From NCBI RefSeq assembly GCF_006345805.1, contig NC_043002.1, positions 91,326,001 through 91,390,000 of the forward strand: DNA of 64,000 nucleotides, given 5' to 3'. Position 1 is the first letter of the stretch; the number at the start of each line of letters is the position of its first letter. This DNA is from Octopus sinensis (taxonomy: Eukaryota). Made by a program: the position numbers and the translations under genes. Below are positions 1 through 10,891 of the stretch, one piece after another. Under the pieces are notes generated by a model. The model saw only the letters and a list, made by a program, of their open reading frames with translations. It did not search any database and had not been told where the DNA came from.

Positions 1-168
1 AAAAAAGTTCATATTATTCGGCTAAGCGCACATGTTCATACCTACACATGCGCGCCCGCACACCCACGTGCATACGCCTAAAAGTATACACTCATCCACC
101 CTCACTTGAAACGTACACAACCTCACCCGCACCATTCGCCAAATGTACATATATATATATATATATAT

Positions 169-400
169 ATTTCTTTACTACCCACAAGGGGCTAAACATA
201 GAGGGGACAAACAAGGAAAGACAAACGGATTAAGTCGATTATATCGACCCCAGTGCGTAACTGGTACTTGATTTATCGACCCCGAAAGGATGAAAGGCAA
301 AGTCGACCTCGGCGGAATTTGAACTCAGAACGTAACGGCAGACGAAATACGGCTACGCATTTCACCCAGCGTGCTAACGATTCTACCAGCTCGCCGCCTT
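169..400 (-). mobile_element. SINE family A (tRNA-like head, CCTTTCATCCTTTCGGGGTCGATAAA body, ...CCCCTTGTGGGTAGTAAAGAAATA tail), full length
   Basis: Minus strand starts GGCGGCGAGCTGG, has B-box GAGTTCAAATTCC, and is near-identical to copies at 19745, 42366 and 46512. Confidence 0.85.
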
Positions 401-410
401 ATATATATAT

Positions 411-525
411 TGTTCCTCTTTTTCTCTCTCTTCTCCTCCTCCTTAATTCCTTTGTTCCTCTTTTTCTCTCTCTTCTCCCCTTCCTTAATTCCTCTGTCCC
501 TCTTTTCCTCTCTCTTTTCTTCATA
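411..525. repeat. About 42-bp pyrimidine-rich tandem repeat, about 3 copies
   Basis: TGTTCCTCTTTTTCTCTCTCTTCTCC..CCTTAATTCC is repeated. Confidence 0.7.
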
Positions 526-965
526 TGTGACTGACTGACCGACTGCTGGCCTTTTTAGGTCTAGCAGCGGTCGCGGCAACATCAACATTTTTTTCTCTGA
601 CGTAAGGCACAATTCTTAAGGCACCAGCTGAATTCAATTCGTTTCCTAGTCGAGAGACGCCTGTTGTGATGTCCTGTTATTATTATTATTATTGTTTATT
701 CGTATTCTTTTTGTATTTACATTCGAGTAACATCGTCCGTTTTTCCGTCCTTGTTTCGTATACATTCGAAGCTTTTTTCCAAGGAATCTAATGCTCTTAG
801 CTTAGTTTTCCCTTGGGGCTGGCCAGATTGGAGCAATCTGAAGATTAATCAGCCGAAATTGCGAGGATGATCCGGTTCTTGACTGAAGATTAAAGGCTTC
901 GAATGACCCATCCGTGTTTTTTGTATCGTCTTCAGGATGTTTTGCGTTCTTGTCCCCATTTTGTA

Positions 966-1005
<40 letters not shown>

Positions 1006-1014
1006 TATATATAT

Positions 1015-1178
1015 TGTCTTCCCTTCTCGAGATCTTTCCTTCTCCTATGTTTCCGACGAAGAGCTCCACTCGAAACGTCAAACCCTCCTTCTTCCCTTCT
1101 TTCCTGAGCGTCCAATAAACTTTATTGTTCCACGTCCTTGCGTTGTTGTTTTTTTGTTTTGTTTTCTTGTTTGGATTA

Positions 1179-1180
<2 letters not shown>
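1015..1180 (+). mobile_element. Short Penelope pLTR-like repeat carrying a hammerhead motif, embedded in (TA)n
   Basis: Hammerhead at 1049-1083 is followed by TTCCTGAGCG, a motif shared with the family at 38590; flanked by (TA)n on both sides. Confidence 0.55.
1049..1083 (+). ncRNA. Minimal type-I hammerhead ribozyme motif (U4C in this copy)
   Basis: GUUU-CCGACGA-A-GAG(CUCCA)CUC-GAAAC-GUC-AAAC: stem I GUUU/AAAC, stem II GAG/CUC, GUC triplet, ACGU palindrome. Confidence 0.7.
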
Positions 1181-1251
<71 letters not shown>

Positions 1252-1719
1252 CGGCGTACGTACTCTCTACATTACTATATATATATATATATATATATGT
1301 ATATAAAAATGTAAGACCAGCCAGGGTTTTTCTATGAATAACAACTCTATCTTGAAAAGAGCAAACATACAGAAGCATCGATGACTATTCAAACTGAACC
1401 AAACTTGAGAGAGGAAGCCCTAACTCAGAGAAACATGCGATGCGGTGGAGTAAAATCCGAAATGAAGAAACCAACATCCTGTATGACATGCTAGGCCCTG
1501 AAATGGAAACTGCAATAAAGACAGAAGAGATGTCCTAAAAATAGCTAGAAGTGGGATATTAAGACAGAGCTGAGAAATTAAGTGTCCGACTAGTGAGAGG
1601 CAGAAAAGTGAGAGTGGAGTCGAGAACGTTGGAGAAATGTCGTCGATGGTCTGCACTCCCCAAAATGAAGAGAGTGTGTGAATGCATGTGTCTGTGATTA
1701 TGGGTACACATGCATATAT

Positions 1720-1888
1720 ATTTCTTTACTACCCACAAGAAGCTAAACACAGAGGGGACAAACAAGGACAGACAAACGGATTAAGTCAATTACATCGACC
1801 CCAGTGCGTAACTGGTTCTTAATTTATCGACCCCGAAAGGATGAAAGGCAAAGTCGACCTCGGCGGAATTTGAACTCAGAACGTAACG
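1720..1888 (-). mobile_element. SINE family A, 5'-truncated
   Basis: Matches the tail and body of 169-400. Confidence 0.85.
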
Positions 1889-2016
1889 ATGTATGTATGT
1901 ATGTATGTATGTATGTATGTATGTATGTATGTATGTATGTATGTATGTATGTATGTATACATGCATGCATGCATGCATGTATGTTATGTGTATAAATATG
2001 TATGTACGTATGTCTC

Positions 2017-2112
<96 letters not shown>

Positions 2113-2180
2113 AGTCTGTCTGTCTTACCGTCTATCTGTCAGTCTATCTATCTGTCTGTCTACCTGTCTGTCTATCTATG
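1889..2180. repeat. Compound (TATG)n/(TCTA)n microsatellite
   Basis: Read directly. Confidence 0.95.
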
Positions 2181-2342
2181 TATATACCAGTTTATCTAAT
2201 TGTATACGCGCGTCTGTGATGAGTGCGTACAAATATACATGTTACCGTATATGTGAACTAAAGACATAAACACACGTTTATATGAATAGCGATACACATA
2301 CATACATACATACATACATACATACATACATACATACATACA

Positions 2343-2373
<31 letters not shown>

Positions 2374-3034
2374 CCTAAACTAACCAGGATGCAATAAGAG
2401 ATTTGTGCGTAGTACCTACCCTGCTGTTTGCGGAAAGTCACCGCCTAGGGTGTTAGACATCTAAGTTAGAAAAATGACAGTTTCATCTTATTTTCTAAAG
2501 AACAGTCTCTGCAATTCTCTACATCAGTAAATTCTCATTATCCAAGAAGAAGCCTTTATAATTTCTTCTAATAACAAAATGTCTTGAGACTGAGAAAGAA
2601 CAGACACGATGTCAGCATTTTATATTCGCTTTCTTTTATCAGATAAAGGACATAAACAGCAAATTGTATGATAGTATTCTTAATTCTAATAACTAGCAGA
2701 AATATCACTACCACATCACTAAAAGAAAGCCAACGTGTGTGCGTGTGGTTAAATAATTACTTTCTTTTAATAAAAGTTATATACTCGAAACTAATTAATA
2801 AGTAGGTGTCTTTATTACAATATAGGTGTTTACTTCAGATGTTAATCGTTTTAGAACGAAAATACAGGCAGAGTTGGTAAATTTAGGTCATCCGATTGTA
2901 GATTGCGTACCTGATATCCCGATAGAAAATGAATCAATTATAACAAAGAATGGAACAATTACTGCAACAGTAATATGGTGTTGAGGTGAATTATGAACAA
3001 ATAAATATACACTCAAATACATACGAGCATAATA

Positions 3035-3077
<43 letters not shown>

Positions 3078-3081
<4 letters not shown>

Positions 3082-3270
3082 CGGGAAGCTTTATGAAAAT
3101 AAACAAAAGACGAAAGCAGATGGAGTACAAACAAACAATTGTATTAGTATGGCGCTCAGGAATATAAATAAAACAAGTCTTTTACGTTTCGAGCCTACGC
3201 TCTTCAACAGAGAGATACACAGAAAAGGAACACGGAGAGAAACAAGGAGAGAGAAAAAAAATGCGTGCAT
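3078..3270 (-). mobile_element. Hammerhead-like (A6U) short repeat, copy 1
   Basis: Minus strand CTGTTGAAGAGCGTAGGCTCGAAACGTAAAAGAC; homologous to 18466, 38590 and 59311; abuts (TA)n. Confidence 0.7.
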
Positions 3271-3271
3271 G

Positions 3272-3620
3272 ACTGAACCTAGAACCATATGGTTGGGAAT
3301 ACATATACATATAAATATATACATACCACACATATATACATACACATACCTACGTATACTCGCGCGCCCACACATATATATATACAGACTTATATCTAGC
3401 GTTGTAAATCTTGCACTAGTAATTAACGTTAAAAGAAGGAAGGTAAATAAAGATATAATCAAAAATATGGAAAAAGGCAAAAAGAAGGGGAAGGGCTAAT
3501 GAGGGGAAAGTAGAATAAAATGTACCCAGGCAAAGAATAATTATATACATAACAATAGAGAAAGAAAAAATATATATGCCTTTATCCTACGACGGTAAAA
3601 GTTAATTTAATAAATCATAT
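3272..3620 (+). repeat. About 350-bp direct repeat, copy 1
   Basis: Near-identical to 4529-4872. Confidence 0.9.
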
Positions 3621-3695
3621 ATATGTATGTATGTATTAGTTATGTATGTATGTATGTATGTATGTATGTACGTATGTATGTACGTATGTATGTAC

Positions 3696-3849
3696 GTGAC
3701 TGTGTGATAAGAAGCTTGGTTCGCAATCACATAGTTTGGAGCTCAGTCCCGCTGCGTGGCAACTTGGGAAAGTGTCTTCTACTATAGTCTCGGCTCAACC
3801 GAAACCTTGTAATTGGATTTGGAAGACGGCAACTGAAAGACGTCCGTCG

Positions 3850-3852
<3 letters not shown>
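3696..3852 (+). mobile_element. SINE family B, head half
   Basis: tRNA-like head plus CTTGGGAAAGTGTCTTCTACTATAG; matches 13110. Confidence 0.75.
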
Positions 3853-3926
<74 letters not shown>

Positions 3927-4090
3927 ATATGTATATATGTATGTATGTATGTACGTATGTATGTATGTATGTATGTATGTATGTATGTATGTATGTATGT
4001 ATGTATATTGCGGCCACGCCTTAAAGGGTTTTAGTAGAAGAAATCGACCCCAGGGCTTATTCTTTGTAAGCCTAGTACTTATTCCTTCGG

Positions 4091-4405
4091 ACTCGCTGTC
4101 GTAGGATCGCAGTTTCGATTCCCAGACCGGGCGTTGTGAGTGCGAAAACACCAAAAGCTATACGAGGCTCCGGCAGGGTGTGGTGGCGAATCCTCCTGTA
4201 CTCTTTCACCACAACTTTCTCTCACTTCTTCTTCCTGTTTATGTTGTACGTGTATTTCAAAGGGCAAGCCTTGTCACACTCTATGTCACGCTGAATCCCC
4301 CTGGGAAGTATGTTAAGAGTACGCTTGGAGTGCTGAGCCACTTGCACGTTAATTTTACGAGCAGGCTGTTAATCGGATGAACTGGAACCCTCGTCAGAGT
4401 GCCAT
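4091..4405 (+). mobile_element. SINE family C (tRNA-derived), 5'-trimmed
   Basis: GGACTCGC..TCGTAGGATCGCAGTTTCGATTCCC head and CACCACAACTTTCTCTCACT body; matches 17869. Confidence 0.8.
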
Positions 4406-4424
4406 GACGATACATATATATATA

Positions 4425-4552
4425 TAACAGGCTTCTTTCAGTTTCCGTCTATCAAAATCCACTCAAAAGGCTTTGGTTGGCCCGAGGTTATACTAGAAAA
4501 CACTTGCCCAAGGTGCCACGAAGTGGGACTGAAACTAGAACCATGTGGTTGG
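4425..4552 (-). mobile_element. SINE family B fragment
   Basis: Reverse complement of the family B head half. Confidence 0.75.
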
Positions 4553-4872
4553 GAATACATATACATATAAATATATACATACCACATATATACATACACA
4601 TACCTACGTATATCGCGCGCCCACACATATATATATACAGACTTATATCTAGCGTTGTAAATCTTGCACTAGTAATTAACGTTAAAAGGAGGAAGGTAAA
4701 TAAAGATATAATCAAAAATATGGAAAAAGGCAAAAAGAAGGGGAAGGGCCAAAGAGGCGAAAGTAGAGTAAAATGTACCCAGGCAAAGAATAATTATATA
4801 CATAACAATAGAGAAAGAAAAAATATATATGCCTTGGTCCTACGACGGTAAAAGTTAATTTAATAAATCATA
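4529..4872 (+). repeat. About 350-bp direct repeat, copy 2
   Basis: Near-identical to 3272-3620. Confidence 0.9.
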
Positions 4873-5269
4873 TCATATCATATAGCCAGGCCTATTCCCC
4901 GTTTTTTTTTTCATTGGTTATTACTATAAACTACATCCGGTAGTGGGATCCTGAAGCCCTGGTTTTAGGGTTTGAGGAGTGTGGAACCACCTGTTAGCCA
5001 TTATTGTTTCCAGGTCCACTCTGAGGGTCCCAACTATGGGTTAACTAGTAACCACCCCACCCAACCCCACCTGCGACAGGGGGTGGGAATCGGTAGAATG
5101 CAGTCACCGTATTCTCTGTGCGGTGTAAGGGGAGACTAAAAAGGGTAGGAGCGAATGGAAAGTGAATCCTCTCCTAGTAAATCCATATTCCTAAAAAGGC
5201 AGCAAGCTGATTAATAAATAGGTAAATAAAAAAAAGTACAGTTCCTTTTCGAGTCAAACTAACTCATAA

Positions 5270-5470
5270 GGTTGGCTTCCCATTTTCCTCACCTGGACGG
5301 TTCGCCGGTCCACTGCAGAATTATTTATTTTTGCCGTTTGAGTGGACTGGAGCATCATGAATTGAAATGTTTTGTTCAAGAATACAACGCTTCGCCCAAT
5401 GCAGGAGCCGAAACAACAATTTTACGACCATGTGTTCAACACACCTAAACCACTAAGTCACGCGCCTGCA
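5270..5470 (-). mobile_element. Degenerate tRNA-SINE with V-domain-like segment
   Basis: Minus strand GGCGCGTGACTTAGTGGTTTAGG head and GGACCGGCGAACCGTCCAGGTG. Confidence 0.5.
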
Positions 5471-5912
5471 CAGGTAAATAAGGGATAAAAAAGTAATAAA
5501 GAAAAAAATAAGAAAATAAATAACAATAAATTATCACCCTATGTAATAAAACTTATGTTTAAAATTTGATATTCAAAGATTAGTATGATCATAAGAGGAC
5601 TATCCATTATTATTAACTGTGCATTCGCTGATCCATTTGGGATGATGCGGTCATTGTGAAGATAACCCAGGATTTCAATCAATGTTAAATCTACAATGAC
5701 AAACTATAGTTCACGCTATCATATAAAGGATAGGGTAGACTAGGCAGAGATTCTAAATAGTTTCCTATCATTCTGATTTTTACCTGAAATTTTTTGCCCA
5801 ACCATTCATCCAGAGAACTGCATTGATTTTTGTTTTACACTTCTAGCAATTAAACATTAATCATTGCTTAAACTACTCTCTCATTCGGCTGATTTTCCAG
5901 ATAAAATTAACT

Positions 5913-6225
5913 TGTTGTTGTTGTTGTTGTTTGTTCCTTCTCGAGCCATGCCTGGCTCATAAAGGCCGGTTTCCCGGTTTCTTGGCGTATAGGTTCCCCA
6001 CCTGGACGGGACGCCGGTCCGTCGTAGGTGAGCTGCAAGATGCAGGAGCAAAGAGTGAGAGAAAGTTGTGGCGAAAGTGTCAGCAGAAGTTTTGCCATCA
6101 CCTTCTGCCGGAGCCGCGTGGAGCTTAGGTGTTTCGCTCATAAACACACACATCGCCCGGTCTGAGATTCGAACTCGCGATCCCTCGACCGCGAGTCCGC
6201 TGCTCTAACCACTAGGCCATGTGCC
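5913..6225 (-). mobile_element. Full-length tRNA-SINE: family C head, V-domain-like segment, (AAC)n tail, 17-bp TSD
   Basis: TSD TCCAGATAAAATTAACT at 5896-5912 and 6226-6242; A-box TGGCCTAGTGG; B-box GAGTTCGAATC; GACCGGCGTCCCGTCCAGG. Confidence 0.9.
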
Positions 6226-6469
6226 TCCAGATAAAATTAACTACTCATGTCTTGTTGATCTTCCAGATAAGATGAACTTTGTTGTTATGTCTATATTTCA
6301 GACGAAATGAACAGCGTGGAATGTTTACCATCACTGAGGTTCTTCATCAGATTATTAAATTTCAAATTTATTTTCCTAAATATTTACAAGTATTTTAAAA
6401 CTAATTATTGATTTTGATTGATAAAACAAGAGAAAGATTAGAGTTCTATATTTTAAGAGATGAGGAATC

Positions 6470-6600
6470 ATGTACATTCTCCTCATCTTCTTTGTTGATA
6501 ACACAATGTTTCGGCTGATATACCCTCCAGCCTTCATCAGGTTCGTGTGTCTTGGAGAAATTTCGAATCTGGATTCTCATTCTAAGGTATTTTTCGATGT
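6470..6600 (-). mobile_element. Left arm (3' part) of the palindromic tRNA-hammerhead element
   Basis: Minus strand reads (AAT)n-CATCGAAAAATACCTTAG...CCAAGACAC..CTGATGAAGGCTGGAGGGTATATCAGCCGAAACATTGTGTT; inverted homologue at 10916-11005. Confidence 0.75.
6499..6546 (-). ncRNA. Minimal hammerhead motif, degraded copy
   Basis: CUGAUGA-A-GGCU(12 nt)AGCC-GAAAC-AUU-GUGUU; G-to-A change at the cleavage triplet and a 6-nt insertion in stem I relative to the expected GACAC. Confidence 0.65.
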
Positions 6601-6602
6601 TG

Positions 6603-6637
<35 letters not shown>

Positions 6638-6679
6638 GTTGTTGTTGTTGTAGTTGTTGTTGTTGTTGTTATTATTATT

Positions 6680-9600
6680 CTATGTTTGAATTTTGCTTTA
6701 CGTCTGTACAAGTTGGCTCCAAGTCTCACCCAGAGACCTCAAGAGACAACAGGTTGGAAGTTCTGTGCCATATATGTGTTTTTTTTTTTTGTTTTTTTTT
6801 TTGGTGTTGTACTAGTGAATGTCTAATACATAAAAAAAAATAAAATAAATAAATAAAAAAAGTTTGTTTTAAACCTTGGGATTACATAGAGAGTATTTTG
6901 CGTAGGATATGAGCAGTTCCCATGAGCACTATCTTTTGAATTTCTGCCATTTTTGGGTTTCCTGGTATCTGAGTTAGGTAGCAATCAGTCCCTTTCGCTA
7001 TCATTCCCAGGGCACCTATGACAACAGGTATTGTTTTAGTCTTCAGCTTCCACATTTTGCTGATTTCTATTTCAAGATCTTTATATTTGCTCAGTTTTTG
7101 GTAGGTCTTGACAGATGCGTTTATATCGATTGGGACAGTCATATCAATGAGGAGGCATGTTCTTTGTCTGAAGTCTTTCAATATAATGTCTGGCCTATTT
7201 GCATCTATCTTCCTGTCAGTTTGGATGGTGAAGTTCCAGAGGAGTGAGATGTGGTCATTTTCAAGCACCAGTTTTTTTCATGGGGCAAATCCAGGTTTTT
7301 GCAAATTACCCAGTGAATATATTGTGCAGCTCTATCATGCCTACTGAGGTACTCTGTAGGCGCTAGAAGACTGCATTTGGAGACAACATGGTCAATGGTT
7401 TCATTTTGTTGTCGGCATACACGACATGTTGGGCTACTGCCGTTCTTTAATATGTTGGCCTGGTAGTTTCTTGTTGGTAGGCATTGATCTTGAGCTGCTA
7501 TGATAAACCCCTCTGTTTCAGATTTTAAGCCAGAGGCCATTAGCCATTGATGGGTCAGGGCTTTGTCGATATCTGCATTATTCGCTCTCTTTGGGTATTT
7601 GCCATAGAGAGGTTTTTCTTGCCATTTATTATTCAGAATATCTAAGGCCGCAGTTTTGGCACGGGTTTTCATGCGCCTAGCTTTTTCTGTGCTTGTTTCT
7701 TGTATATCTATCTCTAATTCCGAAATTGGTTGTATTCGGAATTCACTTAGATATTCCTTTGCCTGTTTTGTGACTATGATGCTTTCTTGTTTTCATGTTT
7801 TGAGACAAGTTTTAACATCCAGTCATCAGAGTTTTTCAGGTAGGTGTCTAGGCCAATTGTAGCAATCTTCATTGTTATTGCCAGTTGCAAAAGACCACGG
7901 CCTCCCTCTTTTCTTGGCAGATAGAGTCGTTCTGTATCTGCCTTAGGGTGGTGCATTCTATGCATTGTCAACAGTTTCCTTATTTTTCTGTCGAGCTGAC
8001 ATATTTCAGTAATTGACCAGTTAACAATATTGAAACTTTAAGTCACGACTGGTATGGCTAATGCATTGATCGCTTCGATCCTGTTTCTTGCATTCAGCTC
8101 TGTCTTGAGTATTGCTCTCACTCTTCGATAGCATTCTCTCCTGATCCTTTCCTTCATCTCTGAATGCCTTATTCCGTTCCCTTCAATTACCCCTAGGTAC
8201 TTGTAGCTCTCCGCAGGGTCTAGTTCTTTTATGACATTCTGTTGGTCAAGGTTAACGTTAGATGTTTCTGTCATTTTTCCTTTGATAAAGGTAGCCTTTG
8301 CACATTTATCGAGGCCGAATTGCATTCTGATGTCGTCACTGAATTGTTTGACTATCGCTAGTAAGCCCTTGAGTTGTTCGTCATTTTTTGCAAAAAGCTT
8401 TAAATCATCCATGTAAACGAGATGATTTATATTTTTATCAAACATTTTATACCTGTACTGCGCGTCATTGAGCAGCTTTGAGAGAGGTATTAAGGATAAA
8501 CAAAAGAGGAGTGGTGACAGTGAGTCACCCTGGAAAATGCCACACGAAATTTTTACATCACCAGCATTTAGGGATTCATTGTCACTGTTCAGAGTTAGTG
8601 TGGTTCTCCATGATCTCATACTTACAGTCAAGAAGTTTCGCAGAGTAGGTGCTATCTTATACATTTCCAGGCATTTCCTAATCCAGCTATGTGGTAGGCT
8701 ATCAAAAGCCTTTTTATAGTCTATCCAGGCTATTGATAAGTTTTTGTGTCGTTTGTGACATTCTTCTAAGATCATCTTATTGATGAGTAGTTGGTCTTTA
8801 CAGCCGTAGGATCCACGTTTACATCCTTTCTGTTCATTAGGGAATATGCTGCTGCCTGTTAAAAAACTATAGGTATATTCCGTCAGGACAGATGTTAGTG
8901 TTTTGTACATAGTTGTTAAGCAGGTTATGGGTCTATAGTTTTTTGGTTCATTTGTTTCTTCACTTTTTGGAAGCAGGAATGTTAACCCATTAACTAGCCA
9001 AGGAGGCATCCTACTAGGGTGTTGCAAAACATCATTGTACAGTTCTGTTAGCAGTTCATGGCTCTCTGGGAAGGCATTCAGCCAGAAGTTAGGAATTTTA
9101 TCCTTTCCTGGAGACTTCCATTTGCTTGACCTCCTGAGAGCAGATCTTATTTCTTCTACCTTGACACCCTCCCACTTTTGCTCTTCTAAGGGGTCCAGTT
9201 CTGTAGATATTCTGTCAATCCAGGGGGCCTTTTCGTTGTGTGTTTTTTCTTCTGCCCAGATTTTATTCCAAAATCACTGCACTTCTTCTTTTGATGGTAC
9301 AGACCTTGCAGTAAATGCTGTTTTTCCTATCTTCCTGTAAAAATTCTTGGTGTTATTTTTGAACATGCTGTTGTCCTTGAAAAATCTAACACGCTTTTCA
9401 TACCTCGCTATGCGGGCAGCTTTGGCAGATACCTTTTGTTTGATGGTTTCTATGGTGGCATCAATATCAAGTATAGTTTCCATATTGTATTTTTTCAGTA
9501 ATTTTTGGGTTTTTGTAGGTTTGGTAGTCTTGTGAGCCTTAAGGTTTTTCAAATATTCAATGTCAGATCTAAATATTTTAATTTGTTTGTTGCAGACGCT

Positions 9601-10727
9601 CTTGCCAAGAAGGCTTTTTGTGGGAATGTTGCCGTTTTCTAATCTTTACACAACATAGGATCGTTGAGATTTTCGCGGATGCGTAGTATAGGTGGTTGAG
9701 GTTTGTGATATCAACATCATTAGCTGAAATTATATCCTTAAGGGCAAGCCGGATTTTACCAATTATTTTCATGTTTTGGTTAGAGTTGCGGATTTTAGGA
9801 AGTGTATCACGTTCATCCATGCTGGTTTCTTTAATTTTCAGCCATTCAATCATGATTTGATTTTTTAGCTCATGTAGTTCTGTTGGGTCAATATTTGTGT
9901 GACTTTCTTTATCTATTTGATGCTCATCTGTCTTAGTGTTTATGATTGGTTCAGGGAGTATTTCACTTTGCCTATCACTTATACTAACTCTTTCAATCCT
10001 CTCTTCGTTTTTATCAGCCCTGGGCTGGTCTATAATTATTTCCTCTGTATTATCTTCTCTAGCTGCAGCTTCGTTCACTTTATCCGATATTGCTTGTCTA
10101 ACCTGATCAATCTCTACTTCAGTCAGTAATATTTTTTTTTATAATGTTTCTTCTGACGTTGGCAAGTTTGTTACTGTCTATGTAGGGTCTTACTTCAGGG
10201 TGTTTCTGTCTCCAGTTTAAGTATGCTTGTACAGTGCTATACTTATCTGTGGGGAAATATATGGCATGGTAGAAGGCCTCAAGAACTTCTTTATTATCTT
10301 CCCTAGACCATTTCTCCTTCTTTTTCTTTTGATTATTTGGTGATGAGCATGGATGGCCATCTGTTGGAATATTCCGGTTGTGGGGTACGTCCAGCTCCAG
10401 TGTGTTGGGAAGATTTGATCCAGTAGCTGATTTTTCAATCAGAATTTGGTTCAATTTTCGGGTACGTGGTCTTTTGTAATCCGCGCAATGACCAATGCGG
10501 TTTATTGTTTGATTTGTTGACCTTGAAGCATGACGAGCATCCATTCTTATATTAGGAGATGGATCTGTCAGTTTAGGGTTCACTACATGTAAGCATTGCT
10601 CATAGCGCTGCTTCTTAAGACTAGCAGATCTATATTCGTCTGTATTTTTTTTTTTTGTTGATAGTTTTATCTCCGAAATACGGAGAAGGAAAAGAAAAAA
10701 AAGGGAAAAGGACGGGATCTGTCAGTT
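6680..10727 (-). mobile_element. R4/Dong-clade non-LTR retrotransposon (RT plus restriction-like endonuclease), near full length, inserted in (TAA)n
   Basis: Single long ORF broken into pieces; 3' end ...AAACATAG-(AAT)n at 6680; (AAT)n also at the 5' junction (10728-10797). Confidence 0.9.
6882..10544 (-). pseudogene. Disabled R4/Dong ORF (about 1200 aa): N-terminal KWSREDNKEVLEAFY domain, reverse transcriptase, CCHC finger, PD-(D/E)xK RLE
   Basis: Motifs NYRPITCL, GIFQGDSLSPLLF, YMDD, CRVCRQQNETIDHVVSKC, RPDIILKD..LIDMTVP. Lesions: frameshifts near 10135, 9590, 7775 and 7270; in-frame stops at 9274 and 8038. Confidence 0.92.
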
Positions 10728-10758
10728 ATTATTGTTATTACTATTATTATTATTATTA

Positions 10759-10794
<36 letters not shown>

Positions 10795-10800
<6 letters not shown>

Positions 10801-10891
10801 TCACTGCCTGGAAGCGAATTCGGAATCTTGGGGTTAGTAACCCGCGCTCTTAACCCCTAGGCCATATGCCTAACCACTCCGCCATATGCCC
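10795..10891 (-). mobile_element. tRNA-like (Pol III A/B box) head of the palindromic hammerhead element, first 20 nt duplicated
   Basis: Minus strand GGGCATATGGCGGAGTGGTTA-GGCATATGGCCTAGGGGTTAAGAGCGCGGGTTACTAACCCCAAGATTCCGAATTCGCTTCCAGGCAGTGACCTG-(AAT)n. Confidence 0.75.

Noticed and set aside
830-905. Two CTGAAGA...GAA motifs
   Set aside because: Stem II does not pair and there is no helix III or NUH triplet; possibly a decayed pLTR, but not supportable.
2625-2672. Possible 23-nt microexon (TTTTATCAG...GTATGA)
   Set aside because: Splice-like words alone are expected by chance, and there are no flanking exons.
5040-5180. TGCGGTGTAAGGGGAGACTAAAAAGGG as a structured RNA or ribozyme
   Set aside because: It resembles a motif I associate with retroelement UTRs, but I could not fit a ribozyme fold.
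6315-6355. Hammerhead-like CUGAUGA-A-GAACC..GGU-AAAC on the minus strand
   Set aside because: It lacks the UCG needed to close stem II and supply G12, and no stem I pairing is visible; at best a dead remnant.
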